From: Mobula hypostoma
Taxonomy: Eukaryota
Reading direction: 5' to 3'
Length of the DNA stretch: 64,000 nt
Assembly (NCBI RefSeq): GCF_963921235.1
Contig: NC_086097.1
Location: 27,344,001-27,408,000, forward strand
This document shows, in pieces, positions 33,906 to 46,990 of the stretch. Position 1 is the stretch's first letter; every line of letters begins with the position of its first letter. The translations under genes were made by a program, and so were the position numbers. The notes beneath the pieces are model-generated. The model saw nothing but the letters and a program-made list of their open reading frames with translations. It searched no databases and was not told where the DNA came from.

Positions 33906-34456
33906 CTTATAAAGATTGTATGTAATACGTTTTAATCTGAAAATTGGGGTCTTCAGTTTAAACAAAGTACTGAATTGGCCATGGTTAAAGGGAAACTACA
34001 TTGAAATATATGCCCATCAAAATTAAAGGATTATTAACTTCAAAAATATTTCTAAGGTGCAAAAACCCAACAAGAAAAGACTTTCAATTGTGGTTCACCA
34101 GAGGAGCTAAAGATGAAATGAAACAGCTTATTATGGTTAACAAGAGAATAAAGTCTCAGGATTGGCAACATTTCAAAATCCAGCAAAAAGTAACATTTAT
34201 GAGGAAAAGTGGAATGTTATTGTCATCTAGAGAGGAACACAAAAGCTGAGTGTAAATGAGAGAAGAGTACAAAAAGATCAGATGTTAATATTGGTGCCTT
34301 ACAGAGAATATTTTACTGGGGCATGAGAAAATGACTAAGAAATCAAACAAATACAATATACATTTAACAAGGGATATGAAAAACCTCAAACGGTAACAAC
34401 AGGTTTTGAGTGAATGAGCAGCTGAAAGAAATATTAGTCAAAAAAAGTACTGAATT

Positions 34457-36671
34457 CACCTGTACACCTGCTCATTAATGCAAATATTTATTCAGCCAAT
34501 CTTGTGCCAGCAACTCAATGCATAAATGCAAGCAGGCATGGTCAAGAGATTCAGTTGTTGTTCAGACTAAACATCAGAATGGGGAAGAAATGTCATCTGA
34601 GTGATTATGACCATAGAATGACTGTTGGTGACAGGTGTGGTGGTAGCTCAGAAACTACTGATCTCCTGGGGCTGTTGTGACTCCTGGGACACACAACAGT
34701 TTTTAGAGTTTACAGAGAATGGTGTGAAAAATAAAAAAATACAGTGAGCAGCTGTTCTATGGGTGAAAACAGCTTGCTAATGAGAGAGGTCAGAGGAGAA
34801 TAGCCACACTGATTCAGAATCAGAATCAGAATCAGGTTTATTATCGTCGGCATGTGACGTGAAATTTGTTAACTTAGTAGCAGCAGTTCAATGCAATACA
34901 TAATATAGAAGCAAAAAAAAAACAAACAAATAAATCTTATTCAGTATACTTTATACATATATTGAATAGATTAAAAATTGTGCAAAAAACAGAAATACTA
35001 TATATTAAAAAAAGTGAGGTAGTGTTCACGGGTTCAATGTCCATTGAGGAATCGGATGGCAGAGGGGAAGAAGCTGTTCCTGAATCGCTGAGTGTGTGCC
35101 TTCAGGCTTCTGTACCTCCTACCTGATGGTAACAGTGAGAAAAGGGCATGCCCTGGGTGCTGAAGGTCCTTAAAAATGGACACTGCCTTTCTGAGACAGC
35201 ACTCTCTAAAGATGTCCTGGGTACTTTGTAGGCTAGTACCCAGGATGAAGCTGGCTAAATTTACAACCCTCTGCAGCTTCTTTCAGTCCTGTGCAGTAGC
35301 CCCCTCCATACCAAACAGTGATGCAGCCTGTCAGAATGCTCTCCACGGTACATCTATAGAAGTTTTTGAGTGTATTTGTTGACAAACCAAATCTTTTCAA
35401 CCTCCTAATAAAGTATGGCCACTGTCTTGCCTTCTTTATAACTGCATCAATATGTTGGGACCAGGTTAGATCCTCAGAGATCTTGACACTCAGAAACTTG
35501 AAACTGCTCACTCTCTCCACTTCTGATTCCTCTATGAGGATTGGTATGTGTTCCTTCGTCTTACCCTTCCTGTAGTCCACAATCAGCTCTTTTGTCTTAC
35601 TGATGTTGAGTGCCAGGTTGTTGCTTTGGCACCACTCCACTAGTTGGCATATCTCACTCCTGTATGCCCTCTCAATTCTACCAAAAATCGTTGTATCGTC
35701 AGCAAATTTATAGATAGTATTTGAGTTATGCCTAGCCACACAGTCATGGGTATACAGAGAGTACAGCAGCAGGCTAAGCACACACCCCTGAGGTGCACCA
35801 ATGTTGATCATTAGCGAGGAGTAGATGTTATCACCAATCTGCACATATTGTGGTCTTCTGGTTAGGAAGTCTGGGATCCAACTGCAGAAGGAGGTACAGA
35901 GGCCCAGGTTCTGCAACTTCTCAATCAGGATTGTTGGAATGATGATATTAAATGCTGAGCTATAGTCAATGAACAGCATCTTGATGTAGGTGTTTTGTGT
36001 TGTCCAGGTTGTCTAAAGCTGTGTGGAGAGCCATTGAGATTGCATCTGACATCAACCTATTGTAGCGATAGGCAAAATGCAATGGGTTGAGGTCCTTGCT
36101 GAGGCAGGAGTTCAGTCTAGTCATGACCAACCTCTCAAAGCATTTCATCACTGTTGATGTGAATACTACTGGGTGATAGTCATTAAGGCAGCTCACGTTA
36201 TTCCTCTTAGGCACTGGTATAATTGTTGCCTTTTTGAAGCAAGTGGGAACATCTAACCGTAGCAGTGAGAGGTTGAAAATATCCTTGAATACTCCCGCCA
36301 GTTGGTTGGCACAGGTTTTCAGAGCCTTACCAGGTACTCCAACAGGACTTCCGCCTTGCAAGGGTTTACTGTCTTTAAAGCCAGCCTAACATCGGCCTCA
36401 CAGGTGCAGCAAGGATCTTTACAGCTGTGGTTGTAGTCTCCTTTTCAAAGCGGGCATAGAAGGCTTTGACTTCATCTGGTAGTGAAGCATCGCTGCCATT
36501 CATGCTGACAGGAAGGCAATGGTAACTCAGATAACCACACGTTACAACAGTGGTGTGCAGAACAGCATCTCTGAATGCACAACACATCAAACCCTGAAGT
36601 GGATAGGCTATAGCAGCAGAATACCACACTAGGTTCTACTCCTGTACCTAATAAAGTGGCCACTGAGTGTA
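34457..36671 (+). mobile_element. Non-autonomous Tc1-like DNA transposon (34457-34816 and ~36503-36671) split by a LINE
   Basis: From ATG 34579: MGKKCHLSDYDHRMTVG..SETTDLLG..TTVFRVYREW (Tc1 paired-like HTH), resuming ADRKAMVTQITTRYNSG..ISECTT. Right TIR gtacctaataaagtggccactgagtg plus TA (36644-36671). No DDE domain and no left TIR seen. Confidence 0.85.
34814..36503 (-). mobile_element. 5'-truncated Rex1/Babar-type LINE with (GATTCT)n tail
   Basis: ORFs 35966-36361 and 35233-35979: [40 protein letters not shown] and YKFADDTT. Confidence 0.9.
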
Positions 36672-37119
36672 TGTCAGACAGGATGGAGAATTGTTATTTT
36701 CTTTGTATTTCTCTTGTAGTTTAACTTTCCTATTCTTGCTTGCATTTTTATATAATCACCTATATACATGTATTTGTTCAGTAATATTCAGTATACATGT
36801 AATCTAGCAATTACAGTACAGTTGCTTCTGTATTTTTCTAGAATTTCTTAGTTTATTTGTACAAAGTGTAACACCACTTAAATCTGGCTATTTTATAAGC
36901 TAATTCTTACCCCCGGAATGTTGCTTTTTTTTAGTCTAAGCTAGTTTTTATAGGTAGGCATCCACAATTTCTTTTGTTCTCTCGGCTCCTCTTCTTTTGT
37001 TCATTTTTTTTTACCTTGTATCACTTAAGCAATGGTAAGCAACAAGTTTTGTGCCTCATCCTTGACTTCTGAAGAACCTTTGGATCACAAAAACAACTGG
37101 ATCCAACATACACTTGTGT

Positions 37120-37510
37120 AAACTCAAGAGATTCTACAGATGCTGAAAATCCAGCGCAACACACACACACACACACACACACATACAATGCTGGAGGAAC
37201 TCAGCACAATAGGCAGCATCTACGGAAATGAATAAACAGTCCATGCTTCAGGCCAAGACTGTTCTTCAGGACTGGAAAGGAAGGGGGAAGATGCCAGAAT
37301 AAAAAGGTGGGGGGAGGGAAGGCTAGAAGGTGATAGGTGAAGCCAGGTGGGTGGGAAAAGTAAAGGGCTGGAGAAGAAGGAATCTGATAGGAGAGGAGAG
37401 TGGACCATGGAAGAAAGGGAAGAAGGAGCGGCACCAGGGGAGGTGATGGGCAGATGAAGAGAAGAGGCAAGAGGCCAGAATGGGGAATAGAAGAAGAGAG
37501 AAGGAGGAGT
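37120..37510 (-). mobile_element. Penelope 3' terminal fragment with hammerhead motif and (CA)n
   Basis: The antisense of 37237-37274 is CAGTC CTGAAGA ACAGTCTTGGCCT GAAGCATG GACTG, followed by the purine-rich body seen at 48400-48700. Confidence 0.8.
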
Positions 37511-37789
37511 ATGTATGTACCTGAAGGCTGAGCTGTAAGTCATCACTGATTCTGGCCTACTTGTGGTCACATCTGTAGGTCCCACACATTCATCTGTCAG
37601 AATCCACTGAACTGGAGTGGAAGTTATCTCAAGACCCAAAGGACTGCCTTGGGAAACTGCAATGTATTGGTACAGGGTGGACATGTTCACTGCAATAAAT
37701 CTGTTGGGGCACTGAACACACTAACTGCCATATATGAAATGCCTAGATAGAATGGACATGGAGAAGCTGTTTCCAATAATGGGGGAGTA

Positions 37790-38220
37790 CATTTATGTCA
37801 CTATATACTACCCTGAGATTCATTTTCTTGTGGGCATTCACAATAAATACAAACAAACACATTATAATCAATGAAAAACTGCACTCAAAGATGGACCAAT
37901 GTGCAAAGGACGACAAATTGTGCAAACACTAAAATAAAAAAAATAAATAATAATAATAAAAATATTGAGAACATGAGTTGTAGATTCCTTGAAATTGAGT
38001 CCATAGGTAGTGGAATCAGTTCAGTGCTGGGGTGAGTGAAGTTATCTATGCTGGTTCAGGAATCTGATGGTTGAGGACAATAACTGTTCCTGAACCCAGT
38101 CGTATGAGACATAAGGCTTCCTTCTTAATAGTGAAAAGACAGTATGGCCTGGATGGTGGGGGTCCTTTAAGATGGATGCCACTTTCCTGTGACAATGCTC
38201 ATTGTAGATGTGGTTAGTGG
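37790..38220 (-). mobile_element. Rex1/L2-type LINE 3' end
   Basis: ccctgagattcattttcttgtgggca tail family (also 13815, 16255 and 47600), plus ASILKDPHHPGHT-like coding remnant. Confidence 0.7.
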
Positions 38221-39079
38221 GGTTGAGAGATAAAATAAATCAGTCATAATCGAATGGAGTAGACTTGACAGGAAGAACAGCCTGCTTCTGTTCCTGTGTC
38301 TTATGGTGAAATGCACTGGTGGGAAATAGACACAAACTCAGCAATGTATTGCCATGGATTAAACACACCCACTGTCAAGATCACAGAAGCATTCCAGTGA
38401 ATGTGACCACTGACAGTCAGGGATGGCAATCCAAATGGATCAATCGACCTTCGTACATTGAAGGATGCAGGGCGATACATGAATGACAAGAGGGTAGTTC
38501 ACATCTGTAGACAATTAGACTAAGGTCTCACGAGTACTGTACTGAATGGTGCTTTATAACTCTGGCAAAAAGTTGACAGGCACAGTGAGATGCTGAACAA
38601 AGAAAGCTTTAAAATATTTAAACCCCATTGTTGAATCTTAAGGTTGAAAGCCTGGGGAGATCAGGCAAGCTGCAGCTGCCAGGTACTCTGCTGCTGCTAT
38701 TACTTCGCAAGTTCATGCTGAGCTTTAAACTATTTACACAAAATTACAACATAGAGCAGCCCCAGGACACCATGATCCTTCTCTTAGCAGGCAGATACAT
38801 TCCAGAGTACCGAGCGTTTTAAAGGAATCATTGGGGTTACATGCTCCAGCTTGAGATTCAGACAGCCTCTCTCATCTTTACTTAGTATTGCATCATGATA
38901 TATTTCCTTATCCATCAATAAGTTTTACTTGTGGGTACTGTGGATAGTTCTGATCTGCTCGTTAGAAAAATGACAGAGGCTCTGGTGAAAATGCAAGCTA
39001 GATTCACACAGATGACATTAGAACTCATATAATGATGATCCAATGGTTATAGTCCCTTAGTCCTATGACCTATTAGCTT

Positions 39080-39810
39080 ACTAACCTGTACGACTTTGGA
39101 ATGTGGGAGGAAACCCATGCGGTCATGGGGTGAACGTACAAACTCCTTCCAGGTAACGGCAGCAATTGAACCCGGGTCGCTGGTGCAGCAGAAGTGCTAC
39201 ACTAACCTCTACGCTACTGTGCCACCCATAGCGTTGGTCTGCCTACATTGTACTTAAACATTCGGGGCTGTTTGTGATGGGATTGTTGGGGAACACGGTT
39301 AGTCTTTCCAAGGACTCCACCAGTTCCTGAAATTACCTGCTGGGAGGATTGCTCCAAGATAAATTTGAATTAATTTAGACATCAGCAAACAAACCAGCAG
39401 TGCAAAGTTGGGGCCCTTTATGTCTGTTGGGCCAGTTTGGGATTTGGGATTTGATCCCTGGCCTGTGACCGATCAGCAGCCATCCAGTATTGATACTGTA
39501 CAAAGCAGTCAACCCACTACTTTCAGCACGGCACGTAGTGTAGCAGTTAGCTTTATAACAGCAGCTGTGAGATTGGAGTTCAATTCCCGTCCTCTCTGTA
39601 AGGAGTTTGTACCTTTTTCCCCTGGCCACGAGTGTTTCCTTCCAGGTGCTCTGGTGTGCTCCCAGATTCCACATTCCAGAGGGTTTGTAATTTGTGGGCA
39701 TACTGTGTTGGCACTGGAAACGTGGCACACTTGCGGGTTGTCCCGCACAATCGTCACTGATTTGTCATATGTTTTGATGCCCATGTGACAAATAAAGCTA
39801 ATCTTATCTT
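39080..39810. mobile_element. Two SINE copies: ~39080-39225 (-) and ~39525-39810 (+)
   Basis: B-box (gggttcaatt / gagttcaattcc), family core and tail. Confidence 0.8.
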
Positions 39811-40864
39811 TAAATACAGTGCATCTCATCCAACACAGTGCTGCTGGGAAAATGACTCCTCCTCTCTCCCTAAACTATTGAGAGATGTGTGAAATGTCAG
39901 CCAACACCTACCTGGTGAACTACATGTCAGTCAGGAAGATGGGGTAGCAGTGAGAACAGAATCTAAAATGGGGCAATCTGGTCAACAGACTACAGGTAGG
40001 GAAGTCCAAAGCTAAAGGCAATAATTATAAAAGTCACTGACTAGATTTGGTACCGACCAGATGGGCTGAAGTGCCTGTTTCTGTGCTGTGGTGCTCTATG
40101 CCTAATAAATTCAATAAGAATTTCAGTGTCTTTAAAATGTGCAATCTTTCCTGAGAACATAGGTACACATAATAACTTAGCCATCAGCATAACTGACAGC
40201 AAATGAAGTCTATCTCATTTAAATCATCCATGTCATCATCAAGTTAGCACCAGCATATCCCACTGTTATGTTTCCAGTCTTGTACCTTGGTACATGTGAA
40301 AGTAATAAAGCAAAACAAATACCAATTCAGTGAAAAGCTTGTCTTGCATGCTGTCCATACAGATCTTTACACAGTGCATTGAGGCAGAACAAGGTAAAAC
40401 AATAATAAAATGCAGAATAAAGTGCACAGCTACAGAGAAAGCACACTGCAGGAAAATAATAAATTGCAAGATCATAATGAGGTAGATTGGGAGATCAAGA
40501 GTCCCTTCAAGAACAAGAAGTTCTTTCAATAGTCTTAAAACAGTGGGATAGAAGCTGTCCTTGAGCCTGGTGATATGGCTTTTAGAATTTTGTATCTTCT
40601 GCCAGATGGGAGAGGAGACAAAAGAGAATGTCTGGGGTCAACATCTGTTCAGGATTAACATTAATCACTGAAGTTACTGCTGATGATTGGGCTTTTTTAT
40701 CACTGTAATGCTTATGCTTATTTGAACATTACTGCTCATAATCTGAATATTATTATAGCGGGGAACGGCTACAGGGGTACTCTGCACTGGCTGCCTATTC
40801 CCTTTTCCTCTTCTGACAGTCACACAGGAATCTGCCAAATTGGAAAGTGCGGGATAGTTACATC

Positions 40865-42542
40865 CCACAGATGGAGAAGTATTCTAAAGGGAGGATAAGG
40901 CAACTGTGACTGACAAGGGAAGTCAAAGACAGCATAAAAGCAAAAGAGAAGGCATAAAATATAGTAAACATTAGTGGGAAGTTAGAGGATTGGGAAGCAT
41001 TTAAAAACCAACAGAAGGCAACTAAAAAAGCTATGGGGGACAAAGAAATGGTGGATGAACTTAATAAGCATTTTGCATCAGTCTTCATGATGGAAGACAC
41101 TAACAGTATGCCAGAAATTCAAGAGTGTCAAGGAGCAGAAGTGTGTGTTGTTTCTATAACTAACAAGAAGGTGCTTGGGAACCTGAAAGGTCAGAAGATA
41201 GATAAGTCACCTGGGCCAAGTGGACTACACCTCTGAGTTTTGAAGGAGGTAGCCAAAAAGATAGGGGAGACATTAGCAATGATCTTTCAAGAATCACTAT
41301 ATTATGGAATGGTTCTGGAGAACTAGAAAATAGCAAATGTCACTCCTCTCTTTAAGGGAGGGAGGCAGAAGACAGGAAATTATAGGCCAGTTAGCCTCAT
41401 CTTAGTGGTTGGGAGGATGTTAGAATCCATAAATAAGGATGAGGTATCGGAGTATTTGGAGAAACAAGACAAAATGGATGAAATTGATGGCTTTCTGGTC
41501 AAATTTGCAAATAATGCAAAGAAAGGTGGATGGGCAAGTAGTGTTGAGGAAGCAGGGAGTCTGCAGAAGGACTTAGATGAATTGAGAAAGTGGGCAAAAA
41601 AGTGGCAAATGGAATATAATGTAGGAAAGTGTATGGTCATGCACTTTGGTAGAAAGAATAAAGGCATGGATTATTCCCTAAAGAGTGCGAAAATTCAAAA
41701 ATCATAGGTACATAGGGTCTTGGGAGTCCTTCAAGGTTAACTTGCAGATTGAGTTGATGGTAAGGAAGGCAAATGCAATGTTAGCATTCATTTCTGTAGG
41801 ACTAGAATATAAGAGCAAAGATATAATGTTGAGGCTTTATAAGGCATTGGTCAGACCGTACGGAATATTGTGAGCAGCTTTGGGTGCTTATCTAAGAAAA
41901 GACGAGCTGGCGTTGGAGAGGGTTCACATGAAGTTCATGAGAATGATGCTTACAATAAAAGACCATAAGATATAGGAGCAGAATTAAGCCATTTGGCCCA
42001 TTGAGTCTGCTTTGTCATTTTATCATGGCTGATCCAATTTTCCTCTTTGCCCCAATTGCATGCCTTCTCCCTGAATCCCTTCATGCCCTGATCAATTAAG
42101 AATCTTTCAACCTCTGCCTTAAATATACATAAAGACTTGGCCCCCACTGCTGCCCGTGGCAAAGAATTCCACAGATTCACCACTCTCTGGCTAAAGAAAT
42201 TCCTCCTCATCTCCATTTTAAAAGGATGCCTCTTTGGTCTTAGACTCTCCACAGCCTCAGGATAGAGGGATATCCATTTAGAACAGAGATGAGGAGGAAC
42301 TTCTTTAGCCAGAGGGTAGTGAATCTGTGAAATTTATTGCCACAGATGACTGTGAGGGCAAGTATTTAGGTATATTTAAAGTGTAGGCTGATAGGTTCTT
42401 GATTAGTCAGGGCATCAAAGGTTATGGGAAGAAGGCAGGAGAATGGGGTTGAGAGGTATAATTAATTAGCCATGATGGAACAGTGGATAGACTTGATGGT
42501 CTGAATATCTTAATTCTGTTCCTATGTCTTATGGTCTTATGA
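40865..42542 (+). mobile_element. Heavily deleted CR1 with a nested antisense CR1 3' end (41959-42250)
   Basis: MGDKEMVDELNKHFASVF..DKSPGPSG..KFANNAK..LRLYKALVRP; tail ttatggtcttatg. Confidence 0.85.
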
Positions 42543-43039
42543 TTATGGACTGTGACAAGATAATGAGCTGCTCATCACCCTGCCTCATGGCAGGTACAAG
42601 AGCTCACTGAGGGTTGAAATGCAGCTTATTCCAAAAATGTGCTAACAGCTGGAAGTGCAGTCAAAGACAGGGAGGCTACCTTGGATGGAAAAAAAGGACT
42701 GCATCACTGCCAGGCAGGAATAGCTTGGAATATAATCCGTCTTTGGCTGGTTAAATGGAGCAGCTGAAACAGCAGAGGCAATCTTATTACACCCTGTCTC
42801 AGGCCAGCTGACCACAGGAGCCCATCAATCTCACAGCAACAACTTCCCTTTCTGCCATGCTGTGACAACTAAAAGATGACTGTGGTGAAATTTTTAATTC
42901 CTGGAGGACTATCATCTGATCTTATCATCTGAAAACCATTTTGCTCTTGCAGCAAGTAGTGATCAGTCATTGTAACTTCACTCTTTACAGGATTAAGATG
43001 GCAAAGCAGTTTTCTCAAAGGAAAGAAAGAATCTGAGCT

Positions 43040-43140
43040 ACACACACAAAACACTGGAGGAACTCTGTAAGTCAGGCAGCATCCATAAAGGGGATTAAAC
43101 AGTTGATGTTTTGGGCTGAGATCCTTCATCAGGACTGTAA
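43040..43140 (-). repeat. Penelope terminal-repeat fragment with hammerhead motif
   Basis: The antisense of 43100-43137 is CAGTC CTGATGA AGGATCTCAGCCC AAAACATC AACTG. Confidence 0.7.
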
Positions 43141-43274
43141 CGGAAGGGGGACAAGCCAGAAGAAAGGACCAACACAAGAGATCAGATGTTAGAAATCTGG
43201 AGCAATACACAGATAGCTGGAGGGCCTCAATGGGTCAGGTTGCTTCTATAGAGAGAAATCCATCCTGTTGAAAG

Positions 43275-44790
43275 AGCAGCATGGTAGGATAACGCTGAAG
43301 GTGATCAGAAGGTTAGGGTTCGATTGTTTGTACTTTCTCCCCTTCACCATGTGGTACTCCGGTTTTCCCCCACATTCCAAAGACGTCAAGGTTATGGTTA
43401 ATAAGTTGTAGGCATTCTATGTTGCTGCTGAAAGTATGGCGGCACTTGTAGGCTATCCCCCAGCACATCCTCGGACTGTGTTGGTCGTTGATGCAAACGA
43501 TACATTTCACTGTATATGTTTACGTTTCAATGTACAAGTGACAAATAAAGCTAAACTTTCTCTTTAATCTTGTCTAACGTTGTTACCACTTTCAGGGTAC
43601 GATGTACACCCCTAGGTTTCTCTGTTCTATAAATCTCCCAGGGCTTATCATTTACTATGCAGCCCCTGCCCTGGTTTAAATTAATAAAATGCATCTCTAT
43701 ATACTTGTCCAAATTCAATTTCATTTGCTGTTTCTTTGCCTATTTTCTCAGTTGACCTACATCCTGTTGTAACTTTAGACAACATTCTTCACTGTTCACC
43801 TCACCAATTATGACGTTGCTAATCATGCCATCTACATTCTCATCCAAATAGTTAATATAGATCACAAAAAGCAAGGGGCTCAGCACTGACCCTTACAGGA
43901 TGCTACTGCTCATATGCCTCCAATCTAAAAACAACCCTCTGCGTCCTTTCACGAAACCAACTTTGTATCCAGTTGGCTAGTTCACGCTGGATTCTCAGGT
44001 GATCTCACCATCTACGATGAAGGGCATTTTAAAAAGCTTTGCTAAAGATCTATCGATTTTTCTGAAGATTTGCTTCATTTGTCACATATGTGAAATATGT
44101 CATTTGTGTCAATGACCAACACCATTCAACTATGTGTTGGGGGCAGCCCGCAAGTGTCGATATAGCATGCCCACAACATGACTGCAAGCAAATGAACCTC
44201 AGGATAGTATATGGAACATATACATATTCTGATAATAAATCTACTTTGAATTTTGATACTAAACCTTACTAACTTGTACATCTTTGGAATGTAGGAGGAA
44301 ATCAGCAAAGTCACGGGAGAAGATACAACTTATTACAGACAACAGCAGGAATTGAATCTAATTGCTGGCACCGTAAAGCATTACACCAATTGCTACGCTA
44401 CTGTACCACCCTGCTACAGTCCATGTTAACAAGGTCTACTGCCCTGCCCACATCAATCCTCTTGGTTACCTGTTCAAAAAACTCAATGAAATTTGTGACA
44501 ATTTCCCATACATAAAGCCATGCTGACTATCTATAATCAGTTCTTGCCTTCCCAAATAATAGATTCTGTTTCCCAGTACTTTCTCCAGTAACATTTATGT
44601 TAGGCTCCCTGGTTTGTCCTTCAGGCCCTTCTTTAAATAACGACACAACACTAGCCACCTTCTAGCCTTTCAGTACCTCACTATTATCTAAGAAAAATAC
44701 AAAAATCTATACCAGGGCCCCTGCAATTTCTTTCTTAGCTTCCCACAAAATCCTAGAGCACACTTGCTCAGGCCTTAGGGACCGATCCAC
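43275..44790. mobile_element. SINE (+, ~43275-43565) and an old antisense CR1 (43575-44790) interrupted by an antisense SINE (~44070-44410)
   Basis: SINE cores; CR1 antisense motifs equivalent to GSVLSP and FSKAF. The inner SINE is itself split by a LINE tail (~44180-44255). Confidence 0.65.
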
Positions 44791-44863
44791 AAATCGTGAC
44801 CATTAATTCTTGTGTATTATTGATACAGTTTAGCAGCAGTGGCTTACTGTGGAGCAAATGCTC

Positions 44864-45020
44864 CAGGGCATTACACAGCCGATTACTCACTGCCCCAGAG
44901 CATTACACAGCTGATTACACCCTGCCTCCAGGCAGTATACAACTATCACACACTGTCCCAGGGTGTTATGCAGATGATCACACACATCTCCATGTGTTAC
45001 AGTCTATCACTCACTGATCA
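44864..45020 (+). repeat. Degenerate ~30-33-bp minisatellite, about 5 units
   Basis: cagggcattacacagccgattactcactgccc / cagagcattacacagctgattacaccctgcctc / caggcagtatacaactatcacacactgtcc / cagggtgttatgcagatgatcacacacatctc. Confidence 0.7.
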
Positions 45021-45064
45021 GGGGGTTAGTGCATGCTTTCAATCACTGCTCCACAGATGTATAT

Positions 45065-45480
45065 ATTCAAGAGATGTGGGTGTCTTCCGGCTCATGTATT
45101 CTGTTCCCTGATGCTAATAATGAGAAGAAGGCATGTTCTGCATGGCGAGGGCCCTTAATGATGAATGCTGCCTTCCTGAGGCACCGTCTTTTGAACACGT
45201 GCTCGATGGTGGGGAGGCTTGTGCCCATGCTCGAGCGGGCTGAGTTTACAACTCCCTGCAGTTCCTCTTGATCTTGCGCATTGGAGCCTCTGTACAAGAT
45301 GGTAATGCAGCCAGTTAGAATGCTCTCCACAGTACATCTGTAGAAATTTGCTAGAGTCTTCGGTAACATACCAAATCTCCTCAAATTCCCTCTGAGGAAT
45401 AGCCATCGGCATGCCTTCTTCGTGATTGCATCAATATGTTGGGCCCGTGAAAAGTTGATGCACAGGAACCTTAAGTTCGC
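45065..45480 (-). mobile_element. Rex1/Babar-type LINE 3' coding fragment
   Basis: [44 protein letters not shown]. Confidence 0.85.
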
Positions 45481-45879
45481 TAGCGTGCCGTCCCAATGCT
45501 AAGCAGACTAATCAGGCAATAGTTAGCCAGAATGGGACAACAAACAGTCTGCTGGAGGAACTCAGCGGGTCAAGTAGCACTTGGGGAAAAAAGGAATCAC
45601 CAAAGTTTCAGATTGAAGCCCTGCATCTCGCTGGTGCGGGTAATAGGAGAGTGTGTGTAATTGAATTGCAGAAATAGGATGGTGTTAGGGAAGCAGATCA
45701 GCATGGCTGCCTCACGTCACCAGTACTTCCCGGTGATCGTGTGGGTTTTCTCTTGGTGCTTTGGTTTCCTCACATATCCTAAAGATGTACAGGTTAGTAG
45801 GTTAGTGGGTATAACTGGGCAGCATGGGCTGTTTGGGCCAGAAGGACCTGTTACCCTGCTGTATCTCTAGATAAAATAA

Positions 45880-46076
45880 AAATGCTGGACGAACTCAGCA
45901 GATCCGGCAACATCTTTGGAGGGAAATAAACAACTGACATTTTGGTCCAAGACTCTTCATCATCCCACAACATCAGCTATTTATTTCCTTCCACAGATGC
46001 TGCCTGACCTTCTGTGTTCCTCTAGCAGCTTGTTTTTCACTCTAGATTGCAGCATCTGCAGTCTCTTGTGTCTCCA
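45880..46076. repeat. Fold-back pair of Penelope terminal-repeat fragments
   Basis: tgctggacgaactcagcagatccggcaacatctttggagggaaataaa.. is the inverse of ..tttatttccttccacagatgctgcctgaccttctgtgttcctctagca. The turn-around lies within the hammerhead motif. Confidence 0.75.
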
Positions 46077-46544
46077 TTTCACTTCTATTGCAAGAGTGAA
46101 TCATCTCAGAAAACAATGACTGTTGCCTAACTAAATACTGTTGTTAACAGGCATGCACCATGTTACAGGATATTACTATGGCAACAGTCACAGTGCAAAG
46201 ATATAGTAATGGCTGCTGCACTACCTAATCTAAATTGCTATCCAAACACTAGCAGCTATTTGATTGCGGAGGCTTTCAAAACCAAACCTTTCTTGCCTCT
46301 GGGCTAAGCACATCTCGCAGTAATTGTTGTGGAGTTGTTACCAGCTGAAATGCTGGCTAAACATCCCTGTTTCTAGCCCAGCTTTATTGTCATAATTAAA
46401 GGGCCTAATAACGTTAGACTTCATTGTTACCAAGCAAAGCAGCAAGTCTGAGGTTTGGGAGAGTTCTAGGAATCAAAAGCAGATGGCCAAATATTAACCA
46501 AGGAGCAAACAGAATATGAGAGGAGAAAACCCAGAAAATAAAGA

Positions 46545-46990
46545 AGTAATTCAGATTAGAGAGCACATTTTATGAGGATAGGTTGAGCGAACTAAGGCTT
46601 TCTTGTTTGGTGAGAAGGAGGATGAGAGGCGTCTCGACAGAGGCGTACAAGTTCATAAGCAGCATAGATAAGGCAGCCAGAGACTTCTTCCCAGGGTAGA
46701 AATGGCTAATGCAAGGGAGTATAACTTTAAGGTGATTGGAGGGAAGTATAGGAGGAATGTCAGAGGTAGGTTTTTTAAACACAAAGAGTGAACGGGTGCA
46801 TGGAATGCGCTGCTGTGGCGGTGATAAAGGCAGATGCATTAGAGACATTTAAGAGACTCTTAGGTAGGCACATAGATGATAGAAAAATGGAAGATTATAT
46901 GGGAGGGAAGGGTTAGATTGATCTTAGAGAAGGTTAAATTATTGAGACAACATCATAGGCCAAAGGGTCTACACTGTTCTACGTTCTATC
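46545..46990 (+). mobile_element. CR1 3' end
   Basis: YEDRLSELRLSCLVRRRMRG..FKRLLGRHID plus 3' UTR. Confidence 0.8.

Noticed and set aside
40759..40825. Short ORF segment VTVRRGKGNRQPVQSTPVAVP as a host exon
   Set aside because: It is an isolated CR1 ORF1 fragment homologous to ~62140-62215.
42600..42860. Cluster of three CAGCTG E-boxes as an enhancer
   Set aside because: Six-bp motifs are too common to support a call without conservation data.
44864..45020. CRISPR-like array
   Set aside because: The units are contiguous and degenerate with no unique spacers, there are no cas genes, and the context is vertebrate.
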